DNA of 64,000 bases from contig NC_135887.1 in assembly GCF_964194155.1 (NCBI RefSeq), positions 39,556,001-39,620,000 on the forward strand. Direction: 5' to 3'. This DNA is from Cetorhinus maximus. Lineage: Eukaryota. Under the pieces are notes generated by a model. That model did no database searches, was not told where the DNA came from, and worked only from the letters and a program-made list of their open reading frames with translations. The translations under genes were made by a program, and so were the position numbers. Shown here one piece after another: positions 12,618 to 26,171 of this stretch. Every line of letters begins with the position of its first letter. Within the stretch, counting starts at the first letter, position 1.

Positions 12618-13453
12618 CTGGAAAAGAGAGAGGATTCAGGAAAAACTGAAGTGAAGTCAACAGCATAGGGCTGACTCTGAATAATACCAGAAACCATGCC
12701 AAAGTGCCCTGCCCCAGACCCTGCACCAACCCTGAGAAACTAATTCCCCCAACAAATTAACTTCTCATAAACACAATCACTTCACTGACCATCTGCTGGG
12801 AAGAAAGACTCCCTTCACAGACTTCCATTGAATTCAGAGATATACATTCAATGCATAATCTGTGATATTAACTGAACATTCCTGCACAGGCACACAATAC
12901 CTCATAGATCAATATGGAACAGGGACCACCCCGCCGCCCCCCCCCGCCCCACCTCCTTCAGATAGCTAAGAAATGTATTCAGGTGCACTCCCTTCATTCT
13001 ATGGTCAGGAGAATGAGACAAACTAGCAGGGACCTGCTACTGACAAGATGGCTAACCATTTGCAATGAGTATAGGTCCTGAAATACTGCCAGTTCCCTCC
13101 AACAGAACTATGTAGTCAAACAGTGAAGATTAGCAACCATGTCTACTCTAGAAATACTGCAACTCTAAAACAAAAGCAGTGTTGCTATCTTGCCCCGTTG
13201 AGATATATTTGGTTTGTCAGCCCCTTTTCCTGTCTATTTCTTCCATATTATGGTTGGGACTAATGACATTCTGGCTATCGTGAATTTTCCCTTTCACACT
13301 TTTAGCTGGATAGTGGCTATTGAATGAGACTGTATACCATATCGCCCAGACCAAGTAATGTGGTCAGGTTTACAGGCTTAGTTTAATGTTTATTCTTACA
13401 GGGCATAGTCACTGGTCACGAAATGAAAGAGGACAAGAACCACAGGGTTTTAC

Positions 13454-13563
13454 CTGTAACGCGCGATGAACACCTTCAATTTTGCAGTTACTCTGCTCTC
13501 AGGCTCTGGAATGGATGAGACATTGTCAATGTCCAACTCCTCCACTTCACTGGCTGTATCTAC
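13454..13563 (-). CDS. TSPOAP1: TSPOAP1 exon (110 nt): VDTASEVEELDIDNVSSIPEPESRVTAKLKVFIARY
   Basis: ttgcag|GTA GAT ACA ... CGT TAC AG|gtaaaa. Phase 0 to 2 fits both neighbours. Not in the ORF track. Confidence 0.93.
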
Positions 13564-14064
13564 CTGCAATTCATAGGTAAGTCGCATCAATCACAGTAAG
13601 GCAACTTTCAAATGCTTGCAGGAAGGCTGAAGAGCAGAACTACTTCTTTTGGGAAATACAAAAGTAAAATTGGTTGGAGCAGAGGCGTTTTACTACAGTC
13701 CAACCTATGAAACTGGGGCAATATAGCACCATTACGGGTGGCTGGTGCAATTGCAGCATGACAAGTTTACATAGGTAGTTTCCAGTTTCAATGTGGACAT
13801 AAGGTATTTTAATGAAAAAAGATGGTACAGAATTCTCATCAAACATGGTAGAAAATGGTCGATAAACTATGAGCAATCAGTAGTTTTATAGACCTGAGTG
13901 TGCACGAATGTAAAAATTTTATCATATTACAGTTGTTGTACGTGTGACTCCTTCAAGTGGGGTCAACCAACTTATATAGTCTAACACATAGCCACATAAC
14001 CACAATTACATTGCCAGTAACTGGGTGGAGGGATCCCTAAATGATATTCAATATAAATATAGAT

Positions 14065-14830
14065 GTGTCACACAAGTGCCATGCAATGACCATCTCCAAC
14101 AAGAGAGAATCTAACTATCTCCCCTTGATATTCAATGACATTACTATCGCTAAATCCCCCGCTATCAATATCCTGGGGGTTACCATTAATGAGAAACTAA
14201 ACTGGACCAAACATAGATACTGTGGCCACAAAAGCAGATCAGAGACTGGGAATTCTGTGGCGAGTGAATCACCTCTTGACCCCCCAAAGCCTGTCCATCA
14301 TCTACAAGGCACAAGGAGTGTGATGGAATTTTCTCCACTTGCTTGGATGAGTGCAGCTCCAATAACACTCAAGGAGCTTGGCACCATCCAGGACAAAGCA
14401 GCCAAGTTGATTGGCACCCATTCACCACCTTAAACATTCATTTCCTCCACTATCGATGCATATTGGTAGTAGTGTGTACCATCTACAAGATGCACTGCAG
14501 CAACTCATAAATGCCCATTTGACAGCACATTCTGAACACATGACCTCTACCAACTAGTAAAACAAGGCCAGCAGCTGCATGGAACAACCATTACCTGCAA
14601 GTTCCCCTCCAAATCACATGCCATCCTGACTTGGAACCATAACGCCATTCCTTCATTGATGCTGGGTCAAAATCCTGGAATTCCCTCCCTAGCAACACTG
14701 TGGGTGTACCTAAACCACATGGACTGCAGCGGTTCAATAAGGCAGCTCACCATCGCTTTCTCAAGGGCAATTAGGGGTGTGGAATAAATGCTGGCCTAGC
14801 CAGTGGCATCCACCTCCAATGACAGAATAC
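14065..14830 (+). mobile_element. LINE family A 3' fragment
   Basis: NILGVTINEKLNW and RSVMEFSPLAWMSAAP motifs plus the 3' tail gggcaattaggg...aataaatgctggcc. Confidence 0.8.
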
Positions 14831-14850
14831 ATTTTTAAAAATGGATTCAA

Positions 14851-15540
14851 GGGAAGAATTTTCGGGTTGGCAAGCAGGGGCAGGGCCCGCTCGCCAACAC
14901 GTAAAATGACATGCGGTGACGTCGGGCGGGTGTCCCAAAGTCACCGCACGTCATTTAGATTTTCAGTTCGGCAGACGCGCAGCCAACTCGGCTGCGCACC
15001 CACCGAACTGTCAAAGGCCTATTAAGGCCTGTTGAAAACTAATTATAACAGTTAATTGAGCTGCCCATCCAACCTTAAGGTTGGCAGGCAGGCGAAGAGC
15101 CCAGGTGGCCTTCGCATTTTTCATGAAAACTCATCCATGGGCGGGATGAGGGTTCATGGAGTGTTTTAAAATTCAATAAAAATTATTTTAAAAATTCATT
15201 GACATGGCCCAGCTCATGTGACACTGTCACATGAGGGGACATGTTTTAAAAGTTTTTTTTCCTCTATTTAAATTTTAAAACCTTAAACTGATCTGCCTGA
15301 GGCAGCTCTGTGCCCCAGGGAGATTTCTGTACTCTTTTGCGTGCATGCGCGAAAGAGTGCAGGCCCCAACTCAGGGAATCCCCCTGCCCGCACAAGGAGC
15401 ACACAGTGCTTCCGGGCAAGCATCACGCTGGGCAAGCCCTAATTGGCCCGCCCACGTAAAATGGCAGCATGGACCCGGAGGTACCGATCAGGTTCACGCT
15501 CGCTCCCGCGCAACTCCCCCGACAGGGGAAAATTCAGCCC
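14851..15540. mobile_element. Harbinger-type MITE
   Basis: TIRs gggaagaattttc / gaaaattcagccc with 3-bp TSD CAA on both sides. Confidence 0.75.
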
Positions 15541-15909
15541 CAAGACTAAATAGGAAGTGGTAAATACACAGTTAAAGTGTAACTTCTTTGGCACAGATAG
15601 CTAGTGTAAGTGTTGAACATTGTGATAGATAACTTTTGTTATTAAAGGTTAAGGGGAAGTGGAGTAGGAAGTATGTGACCTTTGGGATGATTATAGGTCT
15701 GTCAGGTCCCATATAGTCCAATTTTTCTAATAACACGGGGTTTACTGGAGGGGGTGGGGGTGCTGCAACAGGAGATTAGTTAAATATCTCCCAGATATAG
15801 CATGGTTTCCTGTATATTCTATTTTCTTATGGAACCAAGAACAAATTTTTTATGAGCTTTCTGAGAAACTGTAATGGTTTTATCTCTTTCAGGAATTCAT
15901 AATCACTAG

Positions 15910-16973
15910 TGTCATGATCAGAAAACATGAAAGAAAATACACACACATAACCGTGGCTACTTTATAAAATTATTATTTTCCTTTTAGAATAGAGAAATGG
16001 CTAGACTGATAAAATAGCCACCGCTGACCACATGGTGGTATCTCTGAAAATTTCTGAGCAGTCTAAAAGTGGACAAAGGTTAACACATCAAACCCCTGGG
16101 GAATGTAACACTCCTTGCATTTCATAAACATTCCAGCCCCGCCAACACAAAGTATAGTAGACGAGATGCCTGCACCAGCCAGCTATGGACAAAGGCAAAG
16201 CTATTTCTGATTCCTCATCTCCATCGTTGTGCTAATGGTTCTACAGTTACTTGCTCAAAACACAATGGGTTTTAACCAGGAGAGCCTCATTAGCTGAATA
16301 GCTCAATCTGAAACCACCCTGTCACATGACTGAGACGTGAGCTGTTTGAATTGCTTTAATTATACAGTTTTCGGATTCCATCTTCAGTCTGCTGTTTAAC
16401 ATCTGACCAGAAGGCCACACAAAAACAAACTCTGGCCAGGTCGGACAACTGGCCCCCATCTACCTGACTCAGCTGGGAAGATATGTACTATCGCCTACAG
16501 AACTAATTCAATCTCTGTGTGCCTACTACATCTTGGGACATCAATGGCACCGGAAAAACGAATCTTACACCACTGTTTTTCAGTCAGTGGAACTCTGAAA
16601 GATTCTGGACTCTGGACTCACGCGAAACCATAATTTTTATTTTTATCATGGTCTCTGCCCTGAACCTCTTTCTTTCCCTTATCCCTCTTTTATTGATTGA
16701 ATGCAAAAAGGGTCAGACATTGCGAAACCCATTTCCCGCGTTTTGTGCGCGCGTGTGTGTAAAATAAAGCAACCCTATTATTTTACCTTATCTCTAGTTT
16801 GCTGTGGGGTTATTAATAGAGGACTGGGTCACTCCAAACCAAAGGGTTGGGGAACATACGCCACCGCTTATAAAAGGGGGAAATCAAAAATCAAAAACAC
16901 CTTTCTGTTTATGGATGGGTAGTGAGTGGAGAAATCAGGGCTGTTTAAATTAAACCCTCTCCTGTCCGTAACA
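15910..16973. mobile_element. Solo LTR (~1.06 kb)
   Basis: TGTCATGA...CCGTAACA ends with 4-bp TSD CTAG at 15906-15909 and 16974-16977; AATAAA near 16763. Confidence 0.75.
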
Positions 16974-17859
16974 CTAGTCACTGGGGACAGTGGTGCCCAA
17001 TACAACATTTCTAATGTATGGGATGCTAATCAGCCTGATGGTCTCTGATGGCCTTTTCTTTGTATGCTTTGATGATTAAAAAATAGGGGCTCCGTGCTCA
17101 CATGAACCTTTCAACTGCATCATCTATAATTGGACTATCTACCCTTTTACCATTAAATCTCTCAACAATTGGATAATTGTAACAAGCTCAAAGCTACATT
17201 CCTGCAGTGAACAGAATATTATACAGGTTATAATTCAGAATTTACAGTTCTGTTTAAAATAGCTCAGACATGCTGTGCATAACAGTCACTGAGATAACCA
17301 ACACACATAATGTTTCAATGCGCTTCACAGGGGTGAAATCAAAAATGGAGGTAAAGTCAATTAAGAACTTAGGAGTAGTGAGTAAAATATCGGTCAAGAT
17401 GTGGGGTTCAAGGTGAACAGGGAGGTGCAGAAAATTGGGAAAGGGCAGTGTTTAACTGACAAGAATGAGATCAGGAATTCAGTTAAATGTCAGATATGTC
17501 ACAAGGTTGCAACCATCTGGTTCAGCCAGAGACAGTGACAGAATGGGAATTAAATCATTGACAAAGGTATGTGGATTCTTGGGGATTGGAGGGATGGCGG
17601 GATGGTGGGATGGCGGGATGGAGGGATGGGGGTGTAGAGGGTAGCTGAAAAGGATGGTTTGGTCCTCCATTTTTTTTACCTGGAAAAAACTATGCCTCAT
17701 CCAAGATTTAATATTGAACAAGCAGTCTGATTGCACAATTTTCAATGGGGAAAAGATTGACAAAGAGACAGCGCAATAATGGGCAGTTCTGTTCACTCTT
17801 CTTGGGATAGTTAATTAGGCATCCAACAGGAAAGCAAGACTGTACATATATACATACGT

Positions 17860-20560
17860 ACAAATGGATTAGGAGCAGGAGTAGGCCACTCAGCCCCTCG
17901 AGCCTGCTCTGCCATTCAATAAGATCATGGCTGATCTGATTGTAACCTCAATTCCACATTCACGCCAATAACCTTTCACCCCCTTGCTTATCAAGAATTT
18001 ATCTAGTTCTGCCTTAAAAATATTCAAAGACTCTGCTTCCACCACCTTTTGAGGAAGAGAATTCCAAAGACGCGACCCTCAGAGAAAACATTTTCCCTCA
18101 TCTCTGTCTTAAATGGACGACCCCTTATTTTTAAACAGTGACCCCTAGTTCTAGATTCTCTCACAAGAGGGAACATCCTTTCCACATCCACCTTGTCAAG
18201 ACCCCTCAGGATCTTGTATGTTTCAATCTACTTACCCTTCTAAACTCCAGCAGTTACAAGCCTAGCCTGTCCAACCATCCCTCATAAGGCAACCTGCCCA
18301 TACCAGATATTAGTCTAGCAAACATTCTCTGAACTGCTTCCAACGCTTATACATCCTTCCTTAAATAAGGAGACTAATGCTGTACACAGTACTCCAGATG
18401 TGGTCTCGCCAATGCCCTGTATAATTGAAGCATAACCTCCCTACTGTTGTATTTAATTCCCCTCGCAATAACTGATAACATTTAGCTTTCCTAATTACTT
18501 GCTGTGCCTGCATACTAACCTTTTGCGATTCATGCATAAGGATACCCAGATCGCTCTGCATCCTCTAACCACTTAGATAAATATGCTTCTTTTTTATCCT
18601 TCCTACCAAAATGGACAATTGCACATTTTCCCACATTATACTCCATTTGCCAGATCTTTGCCAGTTATTTATATTCTTTTATATCCTCCTTATGTCTTTG
18701 TCACAACTTATTTTCCTACCTATCTTTATGTCACCAGCAAATTTAGCAACCATACATTCGATCCCTTCAGCCAAGTCGTTCATATAAACTGTAAAAAGTT
18801 GAGGCCCCAGCACTGATCCCTGTGGCACACCGCTTGTTACATTTTGTCAACCAGAAAATTACTCATTTACGCTAATCTCAGTTTCCCGTTAGCTAGCCAA
18901 TCTTCTATCCATGCCAATGTGTTACCACCTATACCATGGGCTTTTATTTTCCGCAATAACCTTTGATGTGACACCTTATCAAATGCCTTCTGGAAATCTA
19001 AATACATTACTATTATTCCCCTTTATCCACAGCACATATTACTTCTTCAAAAAACACCAATAAATTGGTCAAACGTGATTTCACACCAACTACGTTGACT
19101 GCTTCATTATTTGATTTTGTCTAAGTGTCCTGCTATGATGTCTTTAATAATAGCTTCTAACATTTTCCCTGTGACAGATAAGCTAACTAACCTGTAATGT
19201 CCTGCTTTATGTCCCATTCCTTTTTGTATAAGGGAGTTACATTTTCTATTTTCCAATCTAATGGAACCTTCCAGGAATCTAGGAAACTTTGGAAAATAAA
19301 AACTAATGCATCAATTATCTCACTAACCACTTCCTTTAAGACCCTAGGGTGACGTCCATCAGGGCTCGGGGACTTGTCAGCCTGCAGCTCCAACAATTTG
19401 CTCACTTCCCTGGTGATTGTAATCTTCTTGCGTTCCCCCCTCCCTTCCATTTCCTGATTTACAGCTATTTCCAGGATGTTACTTGTATCCTCTTATTGTG
19501 AAGATTGATGCAGAATACCTGTTCAATTCATCTGCCATCTCCTTATTTTTCATTATTAATTACCCAGACTCACTTTCTATAGGACAAATGCTCACTTTGT
19601 TAACTCTTTTCTTTTTAAAATATCTATAGAAACTCTTACTTTCTGCCTTTATATTTCTAGCATTCTCTCGTACTCTAACTTTTCCCTCCTTATTAATATT
19701 TTAGTCATTCTTTCCTTTTTTTATATTCTGTCCAATTTTCTAACCTGCCACCCACCTTTGCGCTATTATATGGTTTTCCTTTTCATTTGATACTAGCTTT
19801 AATTTTTTAGTTAATCACGGATGGTGGAAATTTTTTTTTCTCATTGAAGTGTATTTATTCTGTGTATTCTGTAATATCCCCTTAAATGTCTGCCACTGCA
19901 TCTCCATTGACCTATCTCTTAACCTAATTTGCCAGTTCACTTTAGCTAGATCTGCTTTCATGCTCTCACAATGACACTTATTTAAGTTTAAAATGCTAAT
20001 CTTAGACCTACTCTTCTCTCCCTCAAACTAAAAGCAAAATTCAATCATATTATGAGCGCTGCTACCTAGGGGCATCTTACCAATGAGGTAACTAGTTAAT
20101 CCTATCTCATTGCACAACACCAGGTCTAGTATCGTCTGCTCTCTGGTTGGCTCCAGAACATGCCATTCTAAGAAACTATCCCAAAAACATTCTATGAATT
20201 CCTTATCTAGGCTACCTTTGCCCACCTGATATGTAAATTAAGATCCCCCATGATTATTGCCACACCTTTCTGACAGGCTGCCATTCTTTTTTCCTTTATA
20301 CCCTGTCCTATCATGCAATTACTGTTAGGGGGTCTGTACACCTACCCCTACCAGTGACTTCTTGCCTTAATCATTTCTCATCTCTATCAAACCGTTTCTA
20401 CATCCTGGTTTCCTGAACTTAGGTCATCCCTCCCTATTGAACTAATAACATCATTAATTAACCGAGCCACTCCTCCACCTTCTGCTTCCTGTCCTTCCTA
20501 AATGTCATGTACTTCAATATTCATGTCCCAATCTACATCTTCCTACAGCCACGTCTGTTG
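17860..20560 (-). mobile_element. Decayed CR1 (family B) ORF2: endonuclease and RT
   Basis: EPTREQTILDLVLCNE, DKSPSPDGRHPRVLKEV and DLGILMHESQK motifs; 3' tail at ~17865. Confidence 0.85.
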
Positions 20561-20634
20561 CATTAACTGAACCAAAGCATACAAGTCAGTCTGTGAAACA
20601 GTTATACCTGTCACATTGTTTTACTGTGACTTAC

Positions 20635-20993
20635 CTCTGGAGTTGTACAAGATTTTGGGGTGCTTCGTGCTGACTCTGTTTTGGGAGTGCCTTTGCTGGA
20701 GCCCTGGGTTGATTCTGGTCCGATTTTGCTGGTGATGGAGCCAACTTCTGTTGCTGTCTTCTCCGATTGCTGGGAGACGCTGATTGTTTCAGCCTTTGGT
20801 TCATTGGGAATCTGCTCTTCTTTTTGCTCCTCTTTCTGCTCTTCCTGCTTCTCTTCCTGTTTCTCTTCCTGCTTCTGTTCCTGATTCTCTTCCAGCTTCT
20901 CTTCCAGCCTCTCTTCCAGCTTCTCTTCCAGCCTCTCTTCTTGCTGTGCTGGACATGGTGACTGAGAAACTGGTGGAGGAACACTTTCCACAT
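20635..20993 (-). CDS. TSPOAP1: TSPOAP1 exon (359 nt): low-complexity linker with E/Q/K repeat, ending STPKSCTTPE
   Basis: cctttag|AT GTG GAA ... CCA GAG|gtaagt. Phase 1 to 0 fits both neighbours. Confidence 0.88.
20811..20940 (-). repeat. Coding 12-bp minisatellite (EERL/EEKL/EEKQ/EEQK, ~11 units)
   Basis: Plus-strand units cttctcttccag / cctctcttccag / ttctcttcctgc lie inside the TSPOAP1 exon. Confidence 0.9.
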
Positions 20994-21429
20994 CTAAAGG
21001 AAAATAGAATTTTCATTGCAGAACACAAAAGGCTTCTGCAGGGGTTATCAATACAAACACTTATGATCCAGGAAACACATATTCCAACAAAAAGAATGAT
21101 TATGGTAATTGCCTCATGTTCCAAACTGCTGTCCTCACTGCCCGGCAGTGACAGTTATCTAGTCAGTCAACTGAAAATGGTTGCTTGAATAAGCGTTAAT
21201 TACTTAACAGTTGTAACTTGGGTGTGAGTCATAAATTGTCCATTTAACGGAATGCTTTGGGAATCAAATGCTAAGTCAGGAATTTGGTGGAGGTGGGAAT
21301 TCGGTGCAGAGGGGAATGTTGGTGCTCCTTTTTATTCTTTTGTTTTGCTCCAGTAGCCGGTGAGCGTTTTTCTTTTGTCTCCAAGCTCGGAAACTGTAAC
21401 TTATAGCTTTCTAGTTATTAATTTAGTTA

Positions 21430-24210
21430 AATAACCAAAGTGCCAAAGTGTCTTAACCTGCAGGGCTATGGACCAAATGCTGGAAAGTGGGATTAGGCTG
21501 GGTGGCTTAATTTTCAGCCGGTGTAAACATGATAGGACAAATGGCCTCTTTCTGTGCTATGCTAAACTGGAATCCGAGCTGCAGATGCTGCGGGACATTG
21601 GGGAGGAGAGGTGGGGGGGCAGAGAGTTACCTGAACATTTTGTTCCAGAAAGCAGTCACACACCCTGGGTTAAGTGTAACTTTAGAGTTGGTCAATGCAA
21701 CAGGAGGGTGTGACTGCAAATCAGGCAGGTTATGGGGATCCAGCATGTAGTGATGGAGGAGCTTCAGCCTCTGACTTGGACCATCAGGTATGAGGTGCTT
21801 GCTACATGTGTGGTTGAGAACAAGGACTACAGGGTGGATGAGCAAACTGACCATGACATCATGGTGCAGAATGCCAAGAAGGGGAGTGCAAAGGAATGTA
21901 GCAGTGATAGGACAGTACAGTCAGGGAAATAGGTCATGTTCTCAGCAGCCATGACCAGGAGTTCCAATGGTTGTGTTGCCTGCCTGCTGCAAGGTTAAGG
22001 ACAACTCCTCATTACTGGAGACGAACTTGGAGTGAGTGGAAGAGGATCTTATTATTGTGGTCCACATAGGAATCAGAATCAGCAGGTGCGTGAGGGGGGG
22101 ATGGAGATCGCGAGCGAGGTGGAGGTCGGCAGAAAGGACAGGGAGTAGCTCTCAGTGACACCTCTCTCCCCCCACCACCCCCCAACCTTCCAGATGCCAG
22201 CCCCTTGATCAGGCAACGCTGGCCTTTGAACGAGAGATTGCACCTGGGAGCCCAAAAGCAAACACGACAAAGTTTGCTTTTCAGATCCCCGTATGGCGAC
22301 TACTCTGCCTGCCACTGATTCAATACCAATGGCAGCTCCCACTTAAGGGCCTCAATTGGCAACGGAGCAGGAAGGCTGCCCATGAACTTTCCCGCCCTAG
22401 ACTTAATTGGAGCAATGGTGAGAAGATGATGGGGTCCCCATCTGGTGCCCTCCTGCTTGATTGAATGCCCCCCTCACCTCCAAATCCACCGTGAGGGAGG
22501 GTATTAAGTTCTAACTTTGTGTCTGTCCTCACAGTAGAAGGCACAAATTATATATCAGAAATAGGGGGTATCCAAGGAACTAAAAATAATGAAGAACTTA
22601 AGGTAATTAATATCAGCAGAGAAAAAGTTTCAGAGAAACTCAAGGAATTAAAATCCAACCCAGTCCCAGGACCTAATGGCCTACATTTGAGGGTTTTAAA
22701 AGAGATAGCTGCAGGGAAAGTGGATGCACTGGTTGTGATTTTTTAAAATCCCTAGATTCTGGAATGGTCCCAACAGGTTGGAAGTTAACAAATGTAACTC
22801 TGCTACTCAAGGATGGAGGGAGAGAGCAAACAGGGAACGACAGGCCAGTTAGCCTGACATCAGTCATCAGGAAGATACTGGAATCTATCATTAAGGAAGT
22901 CTTAACAATCCATTTGGAACAGCATAGTATGATCAGACAAAGTCAACATGATTTTACGAAAGGGAAATCGTGTTTGACAAATTTAGTGAGAATTTTTTTG
23001 AGAATGTAACTGGTAGGGTAGATGAAAGGGAAGCCGTAGATAAGGTATACTTGGATTTCCAAAAGACAGTCAATAAGGTGCCTGACAAAGGTTTATACAC
23101 AAGATAAGGGCTCCAGGACTTACAAGTAGTATATTAGCATGAAGAGAATTGGTTAATAGGCAGGAAGAAAAGAGTAAGGATAAAGGGGGCATTTTCAAGT
23201 TGGCAACTGTGACTAGTGGAATGCCACAAGGATAAGTGCTAGGGCCTCAGCTATCTACTGACTTAGATGAAGATACCGAGAGTAATATATCTAAGTTTGC
23301 TCTCAATACAAAGTTAACCGGGAACGTAAGTTGTGAGGAGGATACAAAGAGGCTGGAAAGCTTTATGGACGGGTTAAGTGAGTAAGCAACAGGATGGAGT
23401 ATAATGTGGGGAAGTGAGAGGTTATTCATTTTGCTAGTAAGAATAGAAAAGCAAAATTTTTTTAAAAGATGTGAAATTTGTAAATATTGATGTTTAGAAT
23501 AACTTGGCTGTGCTCAAACAAACAACACAGAAAGTTAGCATGCAGGACAGCAAGCAATTAGGAAGCCAAATGGAATGTTGGCCTTTACTGTTGCAAGGGG
23601 TTTGGAGTACAAGAATGAAGAAATCTTGCTGAAATTATACAGGGCTTTGGTGACACCATACCTGGAGGACTGCATAGTTTTGGTCTCCATTTTTAAGAAA
23701 GGATATACTTGCATTGGTGGTGGCATTGCGAAGGTTTGCTAGATTGGTTCCTGGAATGTGAGGGTTGTCCCATAAGGAGGGGCTGAGTAAGTTGGACCTA
23801 TACTCTCTGGAGCTCAGAAGAATGAGAGGTGATCTCATTGAAACATGCAAGATTCTGAAGGGGCTTGATAGGACAGACACTGAGAGGTTGTTTCTCCTAG
23901 CTGGGGAATCAAGAACACGGAGGCACAGTCTCAAGGTACGGGGCTGATTATTTAGGACTGAAATGAGGAGAAACCTCTTCTATCAGAGGGTTGTGAATCT
24001 TTGAAATTCTATATCCCAGATGTTGTCGATGTTCCAATGTTGAATATATATAGGGCTGAGATGGACAGATTATCTGGTCTCTCAGGGAATCAAAGGATAT
24101 GGAGTGGGCAGGAAAGTGGAGTCAAGGCCGTTGATCAGCCATGATCCTATTGAATGATGAGGCAGGCTCGAGAGGCCTTATGGTCTATTCCTGCTCCTAT
24201 GCCTTATGTT
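21430..24210 (+). mobile_element. Decayed CR1 (family B): ORF1 remnants, ORF2 RT and 3' tail; internal insertion at ~22080-22510
   Basis: PGPNGLHLRVLKEIA, RPVSLTSVIRKILESII, KSCLTNL and LELRRMRGDLIETCKILKG motifs. Confidence 0.85.
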
Positions 24211-25969
24211 TTACAGTCTTAATATGTTGCAGCTCCAAAAGCAAAAGAAGCACAACTTAACACCTGGTTCAGGGTAATGAAATGGAGAAAGTGGGGATCT
24301 GAATATATAAAATGACAACATAATTAGCACCAGTATAAGATTAGAGGAGAAAATGGTCTTAACTAGGTACTTGACTAGAAAAAAAAGAGAATAATGCTGA
24401 TGAAACCAAATTGAGAAGTTTTGTGAAACATGACAAGATTTCTGAAAGATTACAGGAGTTTAAACGATGTTGAGATATTGAAACACCCGACACCAACCTG
24501 AGTTAGTTAATCTTATTACATGAATATAACTGCGAGAGTGGACAAGGCAGAATGGTAACAGTAATGGCCTGTAGGGTAACAAGCAATGTGAGTGGTACTG
24601 TAGGAAACAGGTATGGATGGTGGCACTATAAAGGAAAGGCTAATGTAAATAGGACTATAGAGAGTGGTTAATGTGAATGGTTGTGTAGGAAATACTTTTA
24701 ATAGCAATATAGGGAGTGAGTACTGTGTGGCAATATAGGTGAATGGGCAATGTAGATGGCGTCACAGGGGAACAATTATTGCCAGGATAATGACAGCTCC
24801 AGGCTTACCCACCTCATGAAGTGCTCTGCAAAAGCACCACTGTTGTTTATAATTTGAATGTATTGTTTCACATAATAACACTGGGATTTAACTGAAGTAT
24901 ATGACATATTAAATGGTACTCATACGATAAATGGAAGCTATTACTTCAATACAGAAAGTGGGACTAGGGAATATAAATAAAATTGAGTGAGAATTTGAAA
25001 TCGATATTCGGAGAAAATCTCTACTCAAAAAGAGAAAGAAACGTTTGGGCTAATCTGCCAAACAAGTTGATAGATGCAGAAGCATTGGCCGGGATTTTCC
25101 AGCCCTGCCGTGGTGGGACCCATCGCTGGGGATGTGGTGGCCCAGCCAGAAGTCCATTGGCTTTTGGCAGGCCAGACAATCCCTGCGGCAGGAGGAGCCA
25201 GCAAATCCCATCCATTGTGTTTATTTACAACATAATTGCAACCCATGATAAGAGACTTAATTTAATGCAGCTGAAGAACAGACTTTGATGGGACAGCTGG
25301 TGCATCTGATGGATGGGCACTGTCGAGAGTTATTGTAGCAGAAGGTTTGACTTTAATGTTAAGCTAAAATGGGATAGATTTCAATCGGTTGAATTACCAT
25401 TCCTTACCCCCAATGCCTTAAGTAAGTGTGTCTGATTTCAGAGCTGAAAGGAGCTAAAAGTGTAAAAAGGAGATTAACATTACTCAAGATTCTGATAGCG
25501 GAGGCAGGTGTAGAATCTAATAATTTCCACCTTGTTCTTTGGAATGAACATTTCCTTTGAACGGAACATAGAAGTGCTTCGGTTATAATTTTGGGGTTTT
25601 TTTTAGACTCACAACCAGGACAAAGCAGTTTGTGAAAAAACTCGGGGAAACATCAGGAGCACCATAATGGTCTAATCAGGCTCAATCATCTACATGCTGG
25701 GAAATGCTAAAAGGAATCTTTCCCCGTCTCTCTAGTGTCATAGATCACTGAGAATTGTTGACACATTCACATTAACCACCTCATCTCAACATTGCAAAGT
25801 GTCAATATAACTCCCACAGTAATGTTAGACAAGATCAATTGGGACTTGTCAAGTTTCTGTGCCTGAGATTGAATTGTAGATCTAGCTTCTCAAAGGAGCT
25901 TGTGTGAGAGAACTTTCATGGTCCCCTATTGCAAATGTTTCAGCAAGTTTGGCTCTATCTGCATGTTAC

Positions 25970-26171
25970 CTTTTGCCATTGGTGATTCCACTTCATTCAG
26001 GAGCTGGGGCTGGCCGCGGGAGAGCAATCCAGATGTATCTGTGCTCACAAGGGTGTTAGTTAGCAGGTCAATATTTCCTGCTTGCAAACGAAAATGCTCC
26101 AATTCCTGGGAGAGAAGGCTGAACTGCATGCTCTGACTCCGACATTTCTCTTCCAGATCCCGCACCTTGGC
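25970..26171 (-). CDS. TSPOAP1: TSPOAP1 exon (202 nt): AKVRDLEEKCRSQSMQFSLLSQELEHFRLQAGNIDLL...
   Basis: ttccatcag|GCC AAG GTG ... GCA AAA G|gtaaca; RIM-BP family coiled-coil motif. Confidence 0.93.

Noticed and set aside
20631-21188. Several overlapping ORFs in other frames and strands over the E/Q/K repeat
   Set aside because: These are a by-product of a stop-poor 12-bp repeat. Only one frame splices into TSPOAP1.
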